DNA from: an uncultured Chloroflexia bacterium
GTDB taxonomy: Bacteria > Chloroflexota > Limnocylindria > Limnocylindrales > CSP1-4
Assembly (NCBI GenBank): GCA_963749705.1
Contig: CAVVNQ010000002.1
Location: 1-64,000, forward strand
Reading direction: 5' to 3'
Length of the DNA stretch: 64,000 nucleotides
Under the pieces are notes generated by a model. It was not told the DNA's origin. It saw nothing but the letters and a program-made list of their open reading frames with translations, and did not search any database. Positions 48,660 through 58,296 of this stretch are shown piece after piece. How positions within the stretch are numbered: position 1 is the stretch's first letter; every line of letters starts with the position of its first letter. The translations under genes and the position numbers were made by a program.

Positions 48660-49979
48660 ATGAAGAAGCGCTTATTGGTCGGCCTGTGGTCGGCTGCGTT
48701 CGTGGTTGCCGCATGCGGCGGCAGCACCGCGTCCAACACCCCCGGGGCGTCCACCGCGCCCGGTGAGTCGTCGGGGTCGATGGACCTGTCCGGCAAGACG
48801 ATCGTGGTCGGTGGCGCGTTCGTCGACACCGAGGCGGCTGCGTTCGCGGACGCGGTGAAGCCTTTCGAGGATGCGACCGGCGCGACTGTCACCTACAACG
48901 GGGACAAGTCATTCGAGCAGAACCTGAACGTGCAGGTCCAGGCCGGAAACCCGCCGGACGTCGCCCTGCTGCCGCAGCCCGGATCCATGAAGGGCTACGC
49001 GGCTCAGGGCAAGCTCTTCCCTCTGCCTGACGACATCGTCGCCAGCATCGACGCCAACTACGGCCCGGGCTGGAAGGATATCGGCACGGCAGCCGACGGC
49101 AAGGTCTATGGCGTGTTCCACCGGGTCAACATCAAGGGCAACGTGTTCTACCCCAAGACCACCTATGACGCGAAGGGCTACACGACGCCGACGACCTGGG
49201 ATGAGCTCACAAGCCTCGAGGCCAAGATGGCCGCGGACGGCACGCCGGCGTGGTGCATCGGCGTCGAGAGCGGCTCGTCGACGGGCTGGCCCGCCACCGA
49301 CTGGATCGAGCAGATCATGCTGCGGACCGTCGGACCGGATGGCTACGACAAGTGGGTCAATCACGAGATTCCGTTCAATGACCCGACCGTCCAGACCGCC
49401 GTGCAGACGATGATGGACATCTGGGGCAACCCGGCCGACGTCTATGGCGGGACGGCCACCATCCTCCAGACGAACTTCGGCGACGCGCCGTCGTTCGCGT
49501 TCAGCGACCCGCCGAAGTGCTGGCTGACGAACCAGGGCAACTTCATCACATCGTTCTTCCCGGATGCGGTGAAGGCGGATCTCGACAATCAGGTCGGCGT
49601 GTACAACCTGCCGGCGATCGACTCCCAGTACGGGACGCCGGTCGAGGTCGGCGGTGACCAGGCCGTGGCGTTCGTGGACCGGCCCGAGGTCTGGGCATTC
49701 CTCAAGTACCTGACCACGCCGGAGGCCGGGGTCTCCTGGGCCAAGGCTGGCGGTGCTCTCTTCCCGTACAAGAACCAGGACATCAGCAACTACTCATCGA
49801 ACCTCGACCAGACATTCGTGAAGACCCTCGTCGACGCGCCATTCGTGCGCTTCGACGGATCGGACCAGATGCCGCTGGCCGTCCAGAACGCCTGGTATGC
49901 GGAGATCGTCAAGGTCATCAACGGCTCGGAGGACATTCCGACCGCCCTGGCCAACATCGACGCCGCCTGGCCCAAGTAG
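48660..49979 (+). CDS. Alpha-glucoside ABC substrate-binding lipoprotein (AglE-like)
   Basis: Lipobox VVAAC; GNPPDVA..PQPG, WCIGVESG..TGWPATDW, RFDGSDQMP. Confidence 0.9.
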   Translation: MKKRLLVGLWSAAFVVAACGGSTASNTPGASTAPGESSGSMDLSGKTIVVGGAFVDTEAAAFADAVKPFEDATGATVTYNGDKSFEQNLNVQVQAGNPPDVALLPQPGSMKGYAAQGKLFPLPDDIVASIDANYGPGWKDIGTAADGKVYGVFHRVNIKGNVFYPKTTYDAKGYTTPTTWDELTSLEAKMAADGTPAWCIGVESGSSTGWPATDWIEQIMLRTVGPDGYDKWVNHEIPFNDPTVQTAVQTMMDIWGNPADVYGGTATILQTNFGDAPSFAFSDPPKCWLTNQGNFITSFFPDAVKADLDNQVGVYNLPAIDSQYGTPVEVGGDQAVAFVDRPEVWAFLKYLTTPEAGVSWAKAGGALFPYKNQDISNYSSNLDQTFVKTLVDAPFVRFDGSDQMPLAVQNAWYAEIVKVINGSEDIPTALANIDAAWPK

Positions 49980-49993
49980 TCGTCAGGAGAGCT

Positions 49994-50024
49994 CGGGGTC
50001 TGGCGGCACCGCCGCCAGACCCCG
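49994..50024. terminator. Perfect 14-bp hairpin after the SBP gene (mRNA-stabilising or partial terminator)
   Basis: CGGGGTCTGGCGGC-ACC-GCCGCCAGACCCCG. Confidence 0.65.
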
Positions 50025-50082
50025 CGACGGTCTCGACGGGGCACCGTCCCAAGGCTGATCCAGTCGCAACGAGGGAGAAGGC

Positions 50083-51195
50083 ATGGCTGGCGCAACGCGT
50101 TCGGTGGAGGGAGAGGGGCGGCAGGGTGTCGTCCAGGGGGTCGTTGCCGGTCTCGGTCAGGTTCTCGTATCCGTGGCCGTGCCCATCGTGGCGTTCATCG
50201 TCCTGTGGGCGGGCTTCCTGTTCCTGCGGGACTCGGATGCTCCGAAGCTCGTCATCGTTGCGGTCGCCATCGTCTGGGGCGTCGGCGGCACAGCCCTGCT
50301 GTACGTCATCTCGAACTGGCTGGTCGAGAAGCTGCCGGCCAGGTGGAAGAACCGGATCCTCCCGTTCGTGTTCGTGGGCCCGGCCTTTGCGATCCTGTCG
50401 TTCTACCTGCTGATCCCGGCGGTCCTCACGTTCATCAACAGCTTCAAGGATGCGACCAGCACGAACTGGGTGGGCCTGGACAACTACGTCTATGCATTCA
50501 CCAACCCTGACATGCTGACGGCGATCCGGAACAACGTGCTGTGGCTGATCCTCGGGACCGGGTTCTCGACGGGGTTGGGCCTGCTCATCGCGATGCTCGC
50601 CGATCGTTCCCGGATCGACCGGCTGGCCAAGACCCTGGTGTTCCTGCCGATGGCGATCTCGTTCGTCGGCGCCGGCATCATCTGGCGTTTCGTCTATTCC
50701 TACCAGCCGCAGGGTTCGGAGCAGATCGGTCTGCTCAACGCCATCCTCGGCGTGTTCGGCGTGGCCCCGCAGTCATGGCTGACCGGCGAGCCGCTCAACA
50801 CGATCCTGCTCATCGTGATCCTCGTCTGGGGGCAGACCGGCTTCGCGATGGTGATCCTCGCGGCGGCGCTCAAGGGCGTGCCGGACGAGCTCCTGGAGGC
50901 GGGCCGGATCGACGGCGCGACCGAGTGGCAGATCTTCCAGAGGATCATCTTCCCCTCGATCTGGCCCACGGTTGTGACCGTCATGACAACGATCGCCATC
51001 CTGACCCTGAAGATCTACGACATCGTGACCGCGATGACCGGAGGGAACTTCGGCACAAATGTCATCGCGACGATCCAGTTCAAGACGATCTTCTTCGACT
51101 ACGGGTTAGGGTCGGCTCTGGCCGTGATCCTGCTGGTCGCGGTGACGCCCGTGATCTGGTACAACCTGCGCCAGTTCCGGTCCCGCGGGATCTGA
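50083..51195 (+). CDS. Sugar ABC permease (AglF-like)
   Basis: FLPMAISFVGA.IIW, ELLEAGRIDGA. Confidence 0.92.
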   Translation: MAGATRSVEGEGRQGVVQGVVAGLGQVLVSVAVPIVAFIVLWAGFLFLRDSDAPKLVIVAVAIVWGVGGTALLYVISNWLVEKLPARWKNRILPFVFVGPAFAILSFYLLIPAVLTFINSFKDATSTNWVGLDNYVYAFTNPDMLTAIRNNVLWLILGTGFSTGLGLLIAMLADRSRIDRLAKTLVFLPMAISFVGAGIIWRFVYSYQPQGSEQIGLLNAILGVFGVAPQSWLTGEPLNTILLIVILVWGQTGFAMVILAAALKGVPDELLEAGRIDGATEWQIFQRIIFPSIWPTVVTVMTTIAILTLKIYDIVTAMTGGNFGTNVIATIQFKTIFFDYGLGSALAVILLVAVTPVIWYNLRQFRSRGI

Positions 51196-51205
51196 GGAGG
51201 ATGAG

Positions 51206-52051
51206 ATGAAGGGTTCACGATCCTCCGCGGTCATCCTCAACCTGACCGTCCTGGCGCTGGCGCTCATCTGGACGATCCCGACGCTCGGCCTGTTCATCAC
51301 CTCGTTCCGGACCAAGGACGCGATCCTCGGGTCCGGCTGGTGGAAGATCCTGTTCGACCCGGGCAATCTCTCCCTGGACAACTACAACGCGGTGATCTTC
51401 GGGGGTGATGGTCTCGGGACGGCATTCCTCAACACCATCGCGGTGACGGTGCCCGCCGTGGTCATCCCGATCCTGATCGCGGCATTCGCCGCCTACGGCT
51501 TCGCCTGGATGCAGTTCCCCGGCCGACGGATCCTGTTCATCACCGTTGTCGGCCTGCTGGTGGTCCCGCTGCAGATCTCGCTGATCCCGATCCTGCGCGC
51601 GTACCTTGCGATCGACCTCAACGGCACGTTCCTGGCCATCTGGCTGGCACACGCCGGCTTCGGCCTCGCGCTTGCCACGTACCTGCTCTACAACTACATC
51701 AGCCAGCTGCCCAAGGACATCATGGAGTCGGCGTACATCGACGGTGCGTCGCACTTTCAGACGTTCGTACGGCTCATCCTGCCGCTGTCGACCCCCGCGC
51801 TGGCGTCGTTCGCGATCTTCCAGTTCCTGTGGGTCTGGAACGACCTGCTCGTTGCCCAGACGTTCCTCGGGACCAACAAGGACGTCGCGGTGATGACCTC
51901 TCGACTGCTCAACATCGTCGGGTCTCGCGGCCAGGACTGGCAGCTGCTCACGGCGGGGGCGTTCGTCTCGATGATCGTCCCGGTCGCGGTCTTCCTCGGG
52001 CTTCAGCGCTTCTTCGTTCGCGGCCTGCTCGCGGGCTCCGTCAAGGGTTGA
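51206..52051 (+). CDS. Sugar ABC permease (AglG-like)
   Basis: AAYGFAW, MESAYIDGA, FQFLWVWNDLL, RGLLAGSVKG. Confidence 0.92.
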   Translation: MKGSRSSAVILNLTVLALALIWTIPTLGLFITSFRTKDAILGSGWWKILFDPGNLSLDNYNAVIFGGDGLGTAFLNTIAVTVPAVVIPILIAAFAAYGFAWMQFPGRRILFITVVGLLVVPLQISLIPILRAYLAIDLNGTFLAIWLAHAGFGLALATYLLYNYISQLPKDIMESAYIDGASHFQTFVRLILPLSTPALASFAIFQFLWVWNDLLVAQTFLGTNKDVAVMTSRLLNIVGSRGQDWQLLTAGAFVSMIVPVAVFLGLQRFFVRGLLAGSVKG

Positions 52052-54120
52052 CGGACTCGCCGTCACCACCGAGGCCACGGCGCCCGGCGTCCCGGAACTC
52101 CTCCTCTGGGTCGTCGGGCCCGCGGCTCGGCCTGCCCGCCGCCACGGAGCTCGCGACCGCACGGCTGGCCGGGCTCCCGGCGCGCGACCTGGAGCTGTTC
52201 CTGATCCGGCTTGCCCGCTGGTGGCCGGACCTCGAGTCGGCCTGGGTCAACGTCTACGGTTCGCACCGCGCGGGACGCAGCAGCCTGGTCGCGCTGGTCG
52301 AGCTGCTCGCGGACCGATATCGCGAGCGCCCGGCGCCGCTCGTCTCGCTCGACCTGCAGCGGTCCGTGCGCCCCGACTGGTTCCAGGAACCGTCGATGAT
52401 CGGATATGTCTGCTACGCGGACCGGTTCGCCGGCACGCTGTCGGGGGTCGCCGATCACCTTGACTATCTCGCCGAGCTCGACGTCCGGTACCTCCACCTG
52501 ATGCCGCTGCTTCGCCCGAGGCCGGGCGAGGCCGATGGTGGCTACGCGGTCGCCGACTACCGGCAGGTGGATCCGGCGCTGGGCACGATGGACGACCTCG
52601 AGCACCTGTGCGGGCAGCTGCGGGCGCGTGGCATGAGCCTGTGCATCGACCTGGTGCTCAACCACACCGCGGCGGAGCATCCCTGGGCGCTGGCGGCGGC
52701 GGCCGGCGATCCGGAGGCGGCCGCGATGTACTACATCTACCCGGACCGCCGGCAGCCGAATCGCTGGGAGCGGACGCTCCCGTGGGCGTTCCCGGAGACG
52801 GCACCCGGCAACTTCACCCAGCTGCCCGACGGACGCTGGGTATGGACGACCTTCAACTCGTTCCAGTGGGACCTCAACTGGTCGAACCCGCGCGTGTTCC
52901 TGGAGATGCTCGACGTGCTGCTGGCGCTCGCCGCCCGCGGGGTGGAGGTGTTCCGCCTCGATGCGGTCGCGTTCATGTGGAAGCGCCTCGGGACCAACTG
53001 CCAGAACCAGCCCGAGGTGCACGACCTCCTCCAGGCACTCCGGGCATGCGCGCGGATCACCGCGCCGGCGGTGATCTTCAAGGCCGAGGCGATCGTCGGT
53101 CCGGACGATCTCGTGCGCTACCTCGGCGTCGGGCGCCACCACGGGCACGTTTCGGACATGGCGTACCACAACAGCCTCATGGTCCAGTTCTGGTCCGCGC
53201 TCGCGACCCGCGATGCGCGCCTCGCGACCCACGTCCTGCGGGCGCTGCCACGCAAGCCCTCGACGACGGCGTGGGCCACCTACATCCGCTGCCATGACGA
53301 TATCGGCTGGGCGGTCATGGACGAGGACGCGGCTGCCGTCGGCTGGGACGGCCCATCGCACCGCATGTTCCTGTCCGAGTTCTACGCGGGACGGTTCGAC
53401 GGCAGCTTCGCGCGCGGCGAGGTGTTCCAGTTCGTGCCATCGACCGGCGACAGCCGGATCAGCGGCACGTTCGCGAGCCTTGCCGGTCTCGAGGCGGCGC
53501 TCGATGACGGAGATCCGGCGCTGGTCACGGCGGCGATCGAGCGGATCCGGCTGGGGCACGCGCTGATCATGGCCTGGGACGGCCTGCCCCTCCTGTACAT
53601 GGGCGACGAGATCGGCCTGCGCAACGACTGGACCTACGTCGACGACCCGGAGCACCGGACGGACAACCGCTGGCTGCACCGTCCGCGGATGGATTGGCAG
53701 GCGGCGGGTCGCCGTGGTCGCCGGGGCACCGTCGAGGGCCGGATCCACGCCGACCTGCGGCGCCTCATCGCAGCCCGTCGCCAGGCGCCCCAGATGCACG
53801 CGGCGGTGCCGCTCGACGTGCTCGAGTCGGGTGATCCGGCGCTGTTCGCCTTCCGGCGCGACCATCCGATCGGCGCGCTCGTGTCGGTCAGCAACTTCGC
53901 GGACTCGATCCGCACGATCCCTCCGACCCTCTTCCCCGCGTCGCCGACCGGGCGGATCGTGGATCTGCTCGATATGTCTGGCCATCCGGCCGGCGATCCG
54001 ATCGAGATCCCCGCCCGTGGCGTCCGCTGGCTCGTCTCGAGCGACGCCACCGCACGAGCTCCGAGCGGGCGCATGGAGGTGCCCGGCGCGACCCGAACTC
54101 GGGCCGCGTCCCGGAGATGA
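52048..54120 (+). CDS. GH13 amylosucrase/sucrose hydrolase family
   Basis: DGGYAV, DLVLNH, FRLDAVAF, KAEAIV, YIRCHDDIGW, RISGT; TTG start overlapping the permease stop. Confidence 0.9.
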   Translation: MTDSPSPPRPRRPASRNSSSGSSGPRLGLPAATELATARLAGLPARDLELFLIRLARWWPDLESAWVNVYGSHRAGRSSLVALVELLADRYRERPAPLVSLDLQRSVRPDWFQEPSMIGYVCYADRFAGTLSGVADHLDYLAELDVRYLHLMPLLRPRPGEADGGYAVADYRQVDPALGTMDDLEHLCGQLRARGMSLCIDLVLNHTAAEHPWALAAAAGDPEAAAMYYIYPDRRQPNRWERTLPWAFPETAPGNFTQLPDGRWVWTTFNSFQWDLNWSNPRVFLEMLDVLLALAARGVEVFRLDAVAFMWKRLGTNCQNQPEVHDLLQALRACARITAPAVIFKAEAIVGPDDLVRYLGVGRHHGHVSDMAYHNSLMVQFWSALATRDARLATHVLRALPRKPSTTAWATYIRCHDDIGWAVMDEDAAAVGWDGPSHRMFLSEFYAGRFDGSFARGEVFQFVPSTGDSRISGTFASLAGLEAALDDGDPALVTAAIERIRLGHALIMAWDGLPLLYMGDEIGLRNDWTYVDDPEHRTDNRWLHRPRMDWQAAGRRGRRGTVEGRIHADLRRLIAARRQAPQMHAAVPLDVLESGDPALFAFRRDHPIGALVSVSNFADSIRTIPPTLFPASPTGRIVDLLDMSGHPAGDPIEIPARGVRWLVSSDATARAPSGRMEVPGATRTRAASRR

Positions 54121-54216
54121 CCCGCCGACCGCTGCCGTCCGCCGCGGATCCGGGGCTGGCCCCGCAACGGCCCTGCTACCATGGCCCCCGTTTCCAGCAG
54201 CTCCTGGGAGACCCCG

Positions 54217-54972
54217 GTGCCCCTCGATTTCCTCAAGCGCCGCGGCGGTGACGGCGAGAAGCCGGAGCCCGCCACACCCAAGCCGACGCGCTCCATCGGG
54301 CTGCCCGAGGAGGTCGTCGCGCAGGAGTATCAGCTCAAGCTGTACTTCGCCGGCAAGAGCACCGAGGGTGTCCGGATGACGGCCGGCCCCCAGGCGATGC
54401 ACGAGCTGCCGGAGATGCTGTCGGGGATCGTCGGCGGCGAGATCGAGGTCGTGGAGCCGCTGCCGCTCGAGTTCGCGCAGGCCGTGCCGCAGATCGTGCG
54501 GCCGTCCGAGGCCATGCAGTGGCTCAATGCCCACCATCAGCTCAGCCCCGTGACGCGTCACACGCTGTACGTGCTGGAGTCGATCGACGCCGTCGACCTC
54601 GCGTTTGACACGCTGGCCTGCGGGCTGCTGGATGGCGAGGTCAGCACGTCGGGCTATCCCGAGTACAGCGCCATCGTCGGCGGCGTCGCGTCGCACTGGG
54701 ACGAGGCAACGGGTGACATGATCGTCCGCGGCGTCGTCGGCTGGGGTGGTCGCGGCGTCCGCGGCGACACGGACCGAAACGCGCAGCGCATCCTGGGCGG
54801 CATCCTCACCAACATCCTCGCCAACCAGCATGCGCTCGGCCTCACCTCCGTCGACCGGCCCGTTCCGGCCGCGGGACGAGGCGGCCTCGTATGCGCGCAC
54901 TGCGGATTTGCGTCCGCGCACGAGCGGGCGTTCTACTGCCCGAAATGCGGGATGCGGCTGCTTCGCGGCTGA
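54217..54972 (+). CDS. Hypothetical protein with C-terminal zinc ribbon
   Basis: GGAG RBS and GTG; CAHC..FYCPKCG. Confidence 0.8.
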   Translation: MPLDFLKRRGGDGEKPEPATPKPTRSIGLPEEVVAQEYQLKLYFAGKSTEGVRMTAGPQAMHELPEMLSGIVGGEIEVVEPLPLEFAQAVPQIVRPSEAMQWLNAHHQLSPVTRHTLYVLESIDAVDLAFDTLACGLLDGEVSTSGYPEYSAIVGGVASHWDEATGDMIVRGVVGWGGRGVRGDTDRNAQRILGGILTNILANQHALGLTSVDRPVPAAGRGGLVCAHCGFASAHERAFYCPKCGMRLLRG

Positions 54973-54993
54973 CCCACCACCAGGATCCAGGCC

Positions 54994-55539
54994 ATGCCCG
55001 TCTACGAATACGCCTGCACCGTCTGCGACCATCGAACCGACATCCTGCACGGGATCAACGATCCGGGGCCGCGCTTCTGTCCATCGTGCGGTCGCGAGGA
55101 CACGATGCGCAAGCTGTTCGCCCCGCCCACGATCCACTTCAAGGGATCGGGCTGGGCCAAGAAGGATCGGGCCAGCGCCGCAAGCGGATCGCGTCGCCAT
55201 GGTGGCTCGTCGTCCTCGGCGGGGGGCGAGACCGCCGGCCACGGCGAGCCGCGCGAGTCGAGCGGTGCCGGCGAGTCACGGGAGCCTGGCGGCTCGGGTG
55301 CGGCCCACGAGCCGGGCGGCTCGGGCAGCGCCGGTGGACCGAGGGAACCCGGCGGCTCCGGCGGCTCCGGTGGCTCGGGCGGATCGAACGAGTCGCGGGA
55401 GTCGCGCGGCTCCGACAGCGCAGACGGGAAGCGCGGGTCGCGAGACCGTGACTCGTCATCGTCCGGATCGTCGGACCGATCCACCACGTCGTCCGGGTCG
55501 GGCGCCGCGCCCGGCGCCTCCGCGTCATCGAGGGACTGA
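54994..55539 (+). CDS. FmdB-family zinc-ribbon protein with long G/S-rich tail
   Basis: MPVYEYAC..C, CPSCG, IHFKGSGW..D. Confidence 0.88.
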   Translation: MPVYEYACTVCDHRTDILHGINDPGPRFCPSCGREDTMRKLFAPPTIHFKGSGWAKKDRASAASGSRRHGGSSSSAGGETAGHGEPRESSGAGESREPGGSGAAHEPGGSGSAGGPREPGGSGGSGGSGGSNESRESRGSDSADGKRGSRDRDSSSSGSSDRSTTSSGSGAAPGASASSRD

Positions 55540-55545
55540 CACCCG

Positions 55546-55785
55546 ATGCCAGCAGCCGCCGACTGGATCACGCTCGCGGAAGCCGCCTCCATCCTGGAAG
55601 CCGCCAACATCCGCTTCCGTCCGGAGACCATCGGGAGCTGGGCGCGCAGCGGCCGGCTGTCGAGCATCAAGCTCGGTGGCCGTCGGTTCGTCCGGCGAGG
55701 CGAGGTCAAGGCGCTGGTCGCCGCGCCCCGGCGGGTGCACGCAGCGGACATCCAGCCCGTCCTGTTCGAGGACCTGACCTCCTGA
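55546..55785 (+). CDS. BldC/excisionase-like (HTH_17) small DNA-binding protein
   Basis: ITLAEAA.IL...PETIGSWARSGRLSSIKLGGRRFVRRGEVKALV. Confidence 0.85.
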   Translation: MPAAADWITLAEAASILEAANIRFRPETIGSWARSGRLSSIKLGGRRFVRRGEVKALVAAPRRVHAADIQPVLFEDLTS

Positions 55786-56846
55786 CGGGGGCGGCGGGTC
55801 GGCCGGCCGAGGAACCCCGGATCGATCGGGTTCGCCAGGCTGCCTCGCGCGCTGCCGAGTGGCTGGGCGGCGTCCCCGCGGTCCGGACGCTGCGCGCGAC
55901 CCTGCAGACATACGACGCCGCGGGTGGCGGGCTCGTTGCCGGCGGTCTCGCCTATGCGGCAATCGTCGCCCTCCTGCCGGGGCTGCTGCTGGTCCTGTCG
56001 GTGGTCGGCATCCTGATCGATGACGAGGCGGTCCGCGCGAATCTTGTGGCGACCATCGCGACCGCCGTGCCGCCGCTCGCGAGCCTCGCCCGCCAGGCCC
56101 TGGAACAGGTGGCGAACGGGGCGGTCCCGACCAGCGTGGTCGCGGTCCTCGGCCTGCTGTGGGGGTCGAGCCGCTTCTACGTCGCGCTGGACAACGCGTT
56201 CGCGCGGATCTTCCACAATGCGCCACGCCGGAACCAGGTCCAGCAATCGGTACGCGGCCTGGTCCTCATGGCGTTGTTCGTCGCACTGCCGGTCACGGCG
56301 CTGGTCTTCGGGTCGGTGACCTCGTGGCTCCTTGACGTGGCACCCGCGGGGGACCAGGTCGGCGGGGTCGTCCGCACCGCCTGGCAGGTCGCGTCACCGC
56401 TGGGTTCGGTCCTGCTGTTCGTGGTGGGCGCCGCGCTGGTGTACCGGTTCGTCCCGGCGCGGCGTGTGCCGCGGCAGGCGTTCCTGCGACCCGCGATCGT
56501 GGTGGGGGTCACCCTTGCGGCGTTCACGCAGGCATTCAGCTTCATCGCGCCGCGGCTCGTCGGCGCCGCCGCCCTGTATGGCACGTTCGTCGCGATCTTT
56601 GCGCTCCTCGCCTGGCTGTCGATCGGGTTCAACGTGCTCCTGCTCGGGGGCGCGTGGACACGCGTCCGGATGCTTGCGCGGCTGAGCCCGACGCCGGCGA
56701 CCGACGAGCCCGGCGGAGGCACGCCGGCGGGCGACGAGCGGGCCGGAGGCGGCGCGACGGACCCGCGCGAAGATCACGGCACGCCCGGCACGTCCGATCG
56801 AGCCGGGGCCGGCGAACGGGCAGGCAGGCCCGACGCGGACCGCTGA
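55782..56846 (+). CDS. YihY/BrkB-family membrane protein; probable CTG start
   Basis: Family N-terminal motif GGLAYAAIVALLP lies upstream of the first GTG (56001); YRFVP, LYGTF..IFALL.W. Confidence 0.8.
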   Translation: MTGAAGRPAEEPRIDRVRQAASRAAEWLGGVPAVRTLRATLQTYDAAGGGLVAGGLAYAAIVALLPGLLLVLSVVGILIDDEAVRANLVATIATAVPPLASLARQALEQVANGAVPTSVVAVLGLLWGSSRFYVALDNAFARIFHNAPRRNQVQQSVRGLVLMALFVALPVTALVFGSVTSWLLDVAPAGDQVGGVVRTAWQVASPLGSVLLFVVGAALVYRFVPARRVPRQAFLRPAIVVGVTLAAFTQAFSFIAPRLVGAAALYGTFVAIFALLAWLSIGFNVLLLGGAWTRVRMLARLSPTPATDEPGGGTPAGDERAGGGATDPREDHGTPGTSDRAGAGERAGRPDADR

Positions 56847-56848
56847 CG

Positions 56849-58138
56849 CTAGCCCTGGCGCGAGCCGCAGCGGCGGCAGAACCGAGCATTTGCCGAGAGC
56901 GACAGCCCGCAGCTGATGCACGGCTGTGCGGTCGGGGTCGGCGCGGCGACCGGGGTCGGCGCGACCCCGAGTGGTGCGGCGCCCAGGACCTCCTGGGCGG
57001 AGGCTGCCCACAACGCGGTCGCGTCTGACTGGAGCAGCGGCCGCCCGGCGAGCGTCGTGGGCGTGTCCGGCACCGAAGCTGCAGCCGGCCGCTGGGGCGA
57101 GGGCCACTGCGGTGTCGTCGGCCAGACCGGTGGTGGCGCGTCGTCAGGGGCAACCGTGAGCCAGGGCGACGCCGCGGGCGCCTGGGTCGGGGCCGGGGCA
57201 TCCGGCACTGCCGGCGGGACGGGAGCGTCCGGCGTGGGTACGGGCCAGGTCGGCTGCGGGATCTCGTCGCGGACCGGGCGCGCGGGCTCGGCGGCGACGA
57301 CCTCGGGTGCCGCGGCGACCGGCTCCGCGTCCGCGGCGACCGGCTCCGGCGGCGGCTCCGTGGCGATGGGCTCGGGCTCCGTCGCGACCGGCTGCTCGGG
57401 CTCCGTCGCGACCGGCTGCTCGGACTCCGTCGCGACCGGCTCCTCGGTGACCGGCTCGGGCTGGCCTTGGGCTGCCGGCACCGCGAGGCTCGCGGCGGTC
57501 TCGGCTTCCTCCGTGGCGAGCAGCTGCTCGTACGCTGCGATCGCATCGTCCAGGCTCTGTCCCGGGGCGAGGCCGCTGACGACCGCCTCGGCTTCGGGCA
57601 CGGGCTGGTCTTCGTCTGCGGCACCGATCACGTCCGTGGCGCCGACTTCGTCCGCCGCCGCGACCTCCGGACCGTCGAGCACCCGCGCGAGGCGATCAGC
57701 GGGGAGGTCCGCCGCCGGCCACGCCCCATCATCATCGACCGGGGAGTGCTGGTGCCCGTTGGCCGCCGCCGGTGCGGCCGCAGGCATCAGGTCGACCAGC
57801 GCGACGGGCTCCTCCTGCCCGGGGATGGGCGCGCAGGTGAGGCAGCGACCTTCGGGACCGTTCCAGCAGTCACTGCACGTGTACTGCCGACACGTGAGGC
57901 AGAAGTTGAAGGTCTGGTGGAACGCGTCGAGCTGGGAGGTGGTCGCCGCCAGCTCCTCCTCGCTGCGTGCCTCGGCCATCGCCTCCGACAGCGACGCATC
58001 GTCCGACATGACGAAGTTGCGAACGCCCTTCGAGAGCACCCGAACGCGGGTCAGCCGCGACTTTCGAGGTGCGGCCAATTCGAACGTATAGCGGGTGCCG
58101 CACCGTTCGCAGAACGACTCGGTGAGGATCTCGGTCAT
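56849..58138 (-). CDS. Multi-zinc-finger protein with acidic Pro/Ala/Thr-rich linker
   Basis: CERC; CLTC..CSDC..CLTC; C-terminal CISC..FCRRCG; PVATEPEQ repeats. Confidence 0.82.
   Translation of the reverse strand: MTEILTESFCERCGTRYTFELAAPRKSRLTRVRVLSKGVRNFVMSDDASLSEAMAEARSEEELAATTSQLDAFHQTFNFCLTCRQYTCSDCWNGPEGRCLTCAPIPGQEEPVALVDLMPAAAPAAANGHQHSPVDDDGAWPAADLPADRLARVLDGPEVAAADEVGATDVIGAADEDQPVPEAEAVVSGLAPGQSLDDAIAAYEQLLATEEAETAASLAVPAAQGQPEPVTEEPVATESEQPVATEPEQPVATEPEPIATEPPPEPVAADAEPVAAAPEVVAAEPARPVRDEIPQPTWPVPTPDAPVPPAVPDAPAPTQAPAASPWLTVAPDDAPPPVWPTTPQWPSPQRPAAASVPDTPTTLAGRPLLQSDATALWAASAQEVLGAAPLGVAPTPVAAPTPTAQPCISCGLSLSANARFCRRCGSRQG
57371..57442. repeat. Coding 24-nt tandem repeat x3 (EQPVATEP)
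   Basis: CTCGGGCTCCGTCGCGACCGGCTG copies. Confidence 0.85.
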
Positions 58139-58296
58139 CTGACCCCCGAGCACACATGGACGCGATCCGGCTACCCCAGCCGGACAGGTGCCAGAGTATA
58201 TCGCTCGTTCAAGCACGGGCCCGTTTCGAGCTGCCCTGGCATGCGTCCCGGTCCGCCGGGGCGGACGGCGCGCGCTCTGGTACGGTTGGCCGCGCC

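Noticed and set aside
55546-55785. Excisionase of a mobile element
   Set aside because: No integrase or att sites; embedded in a housekeeping-like operon
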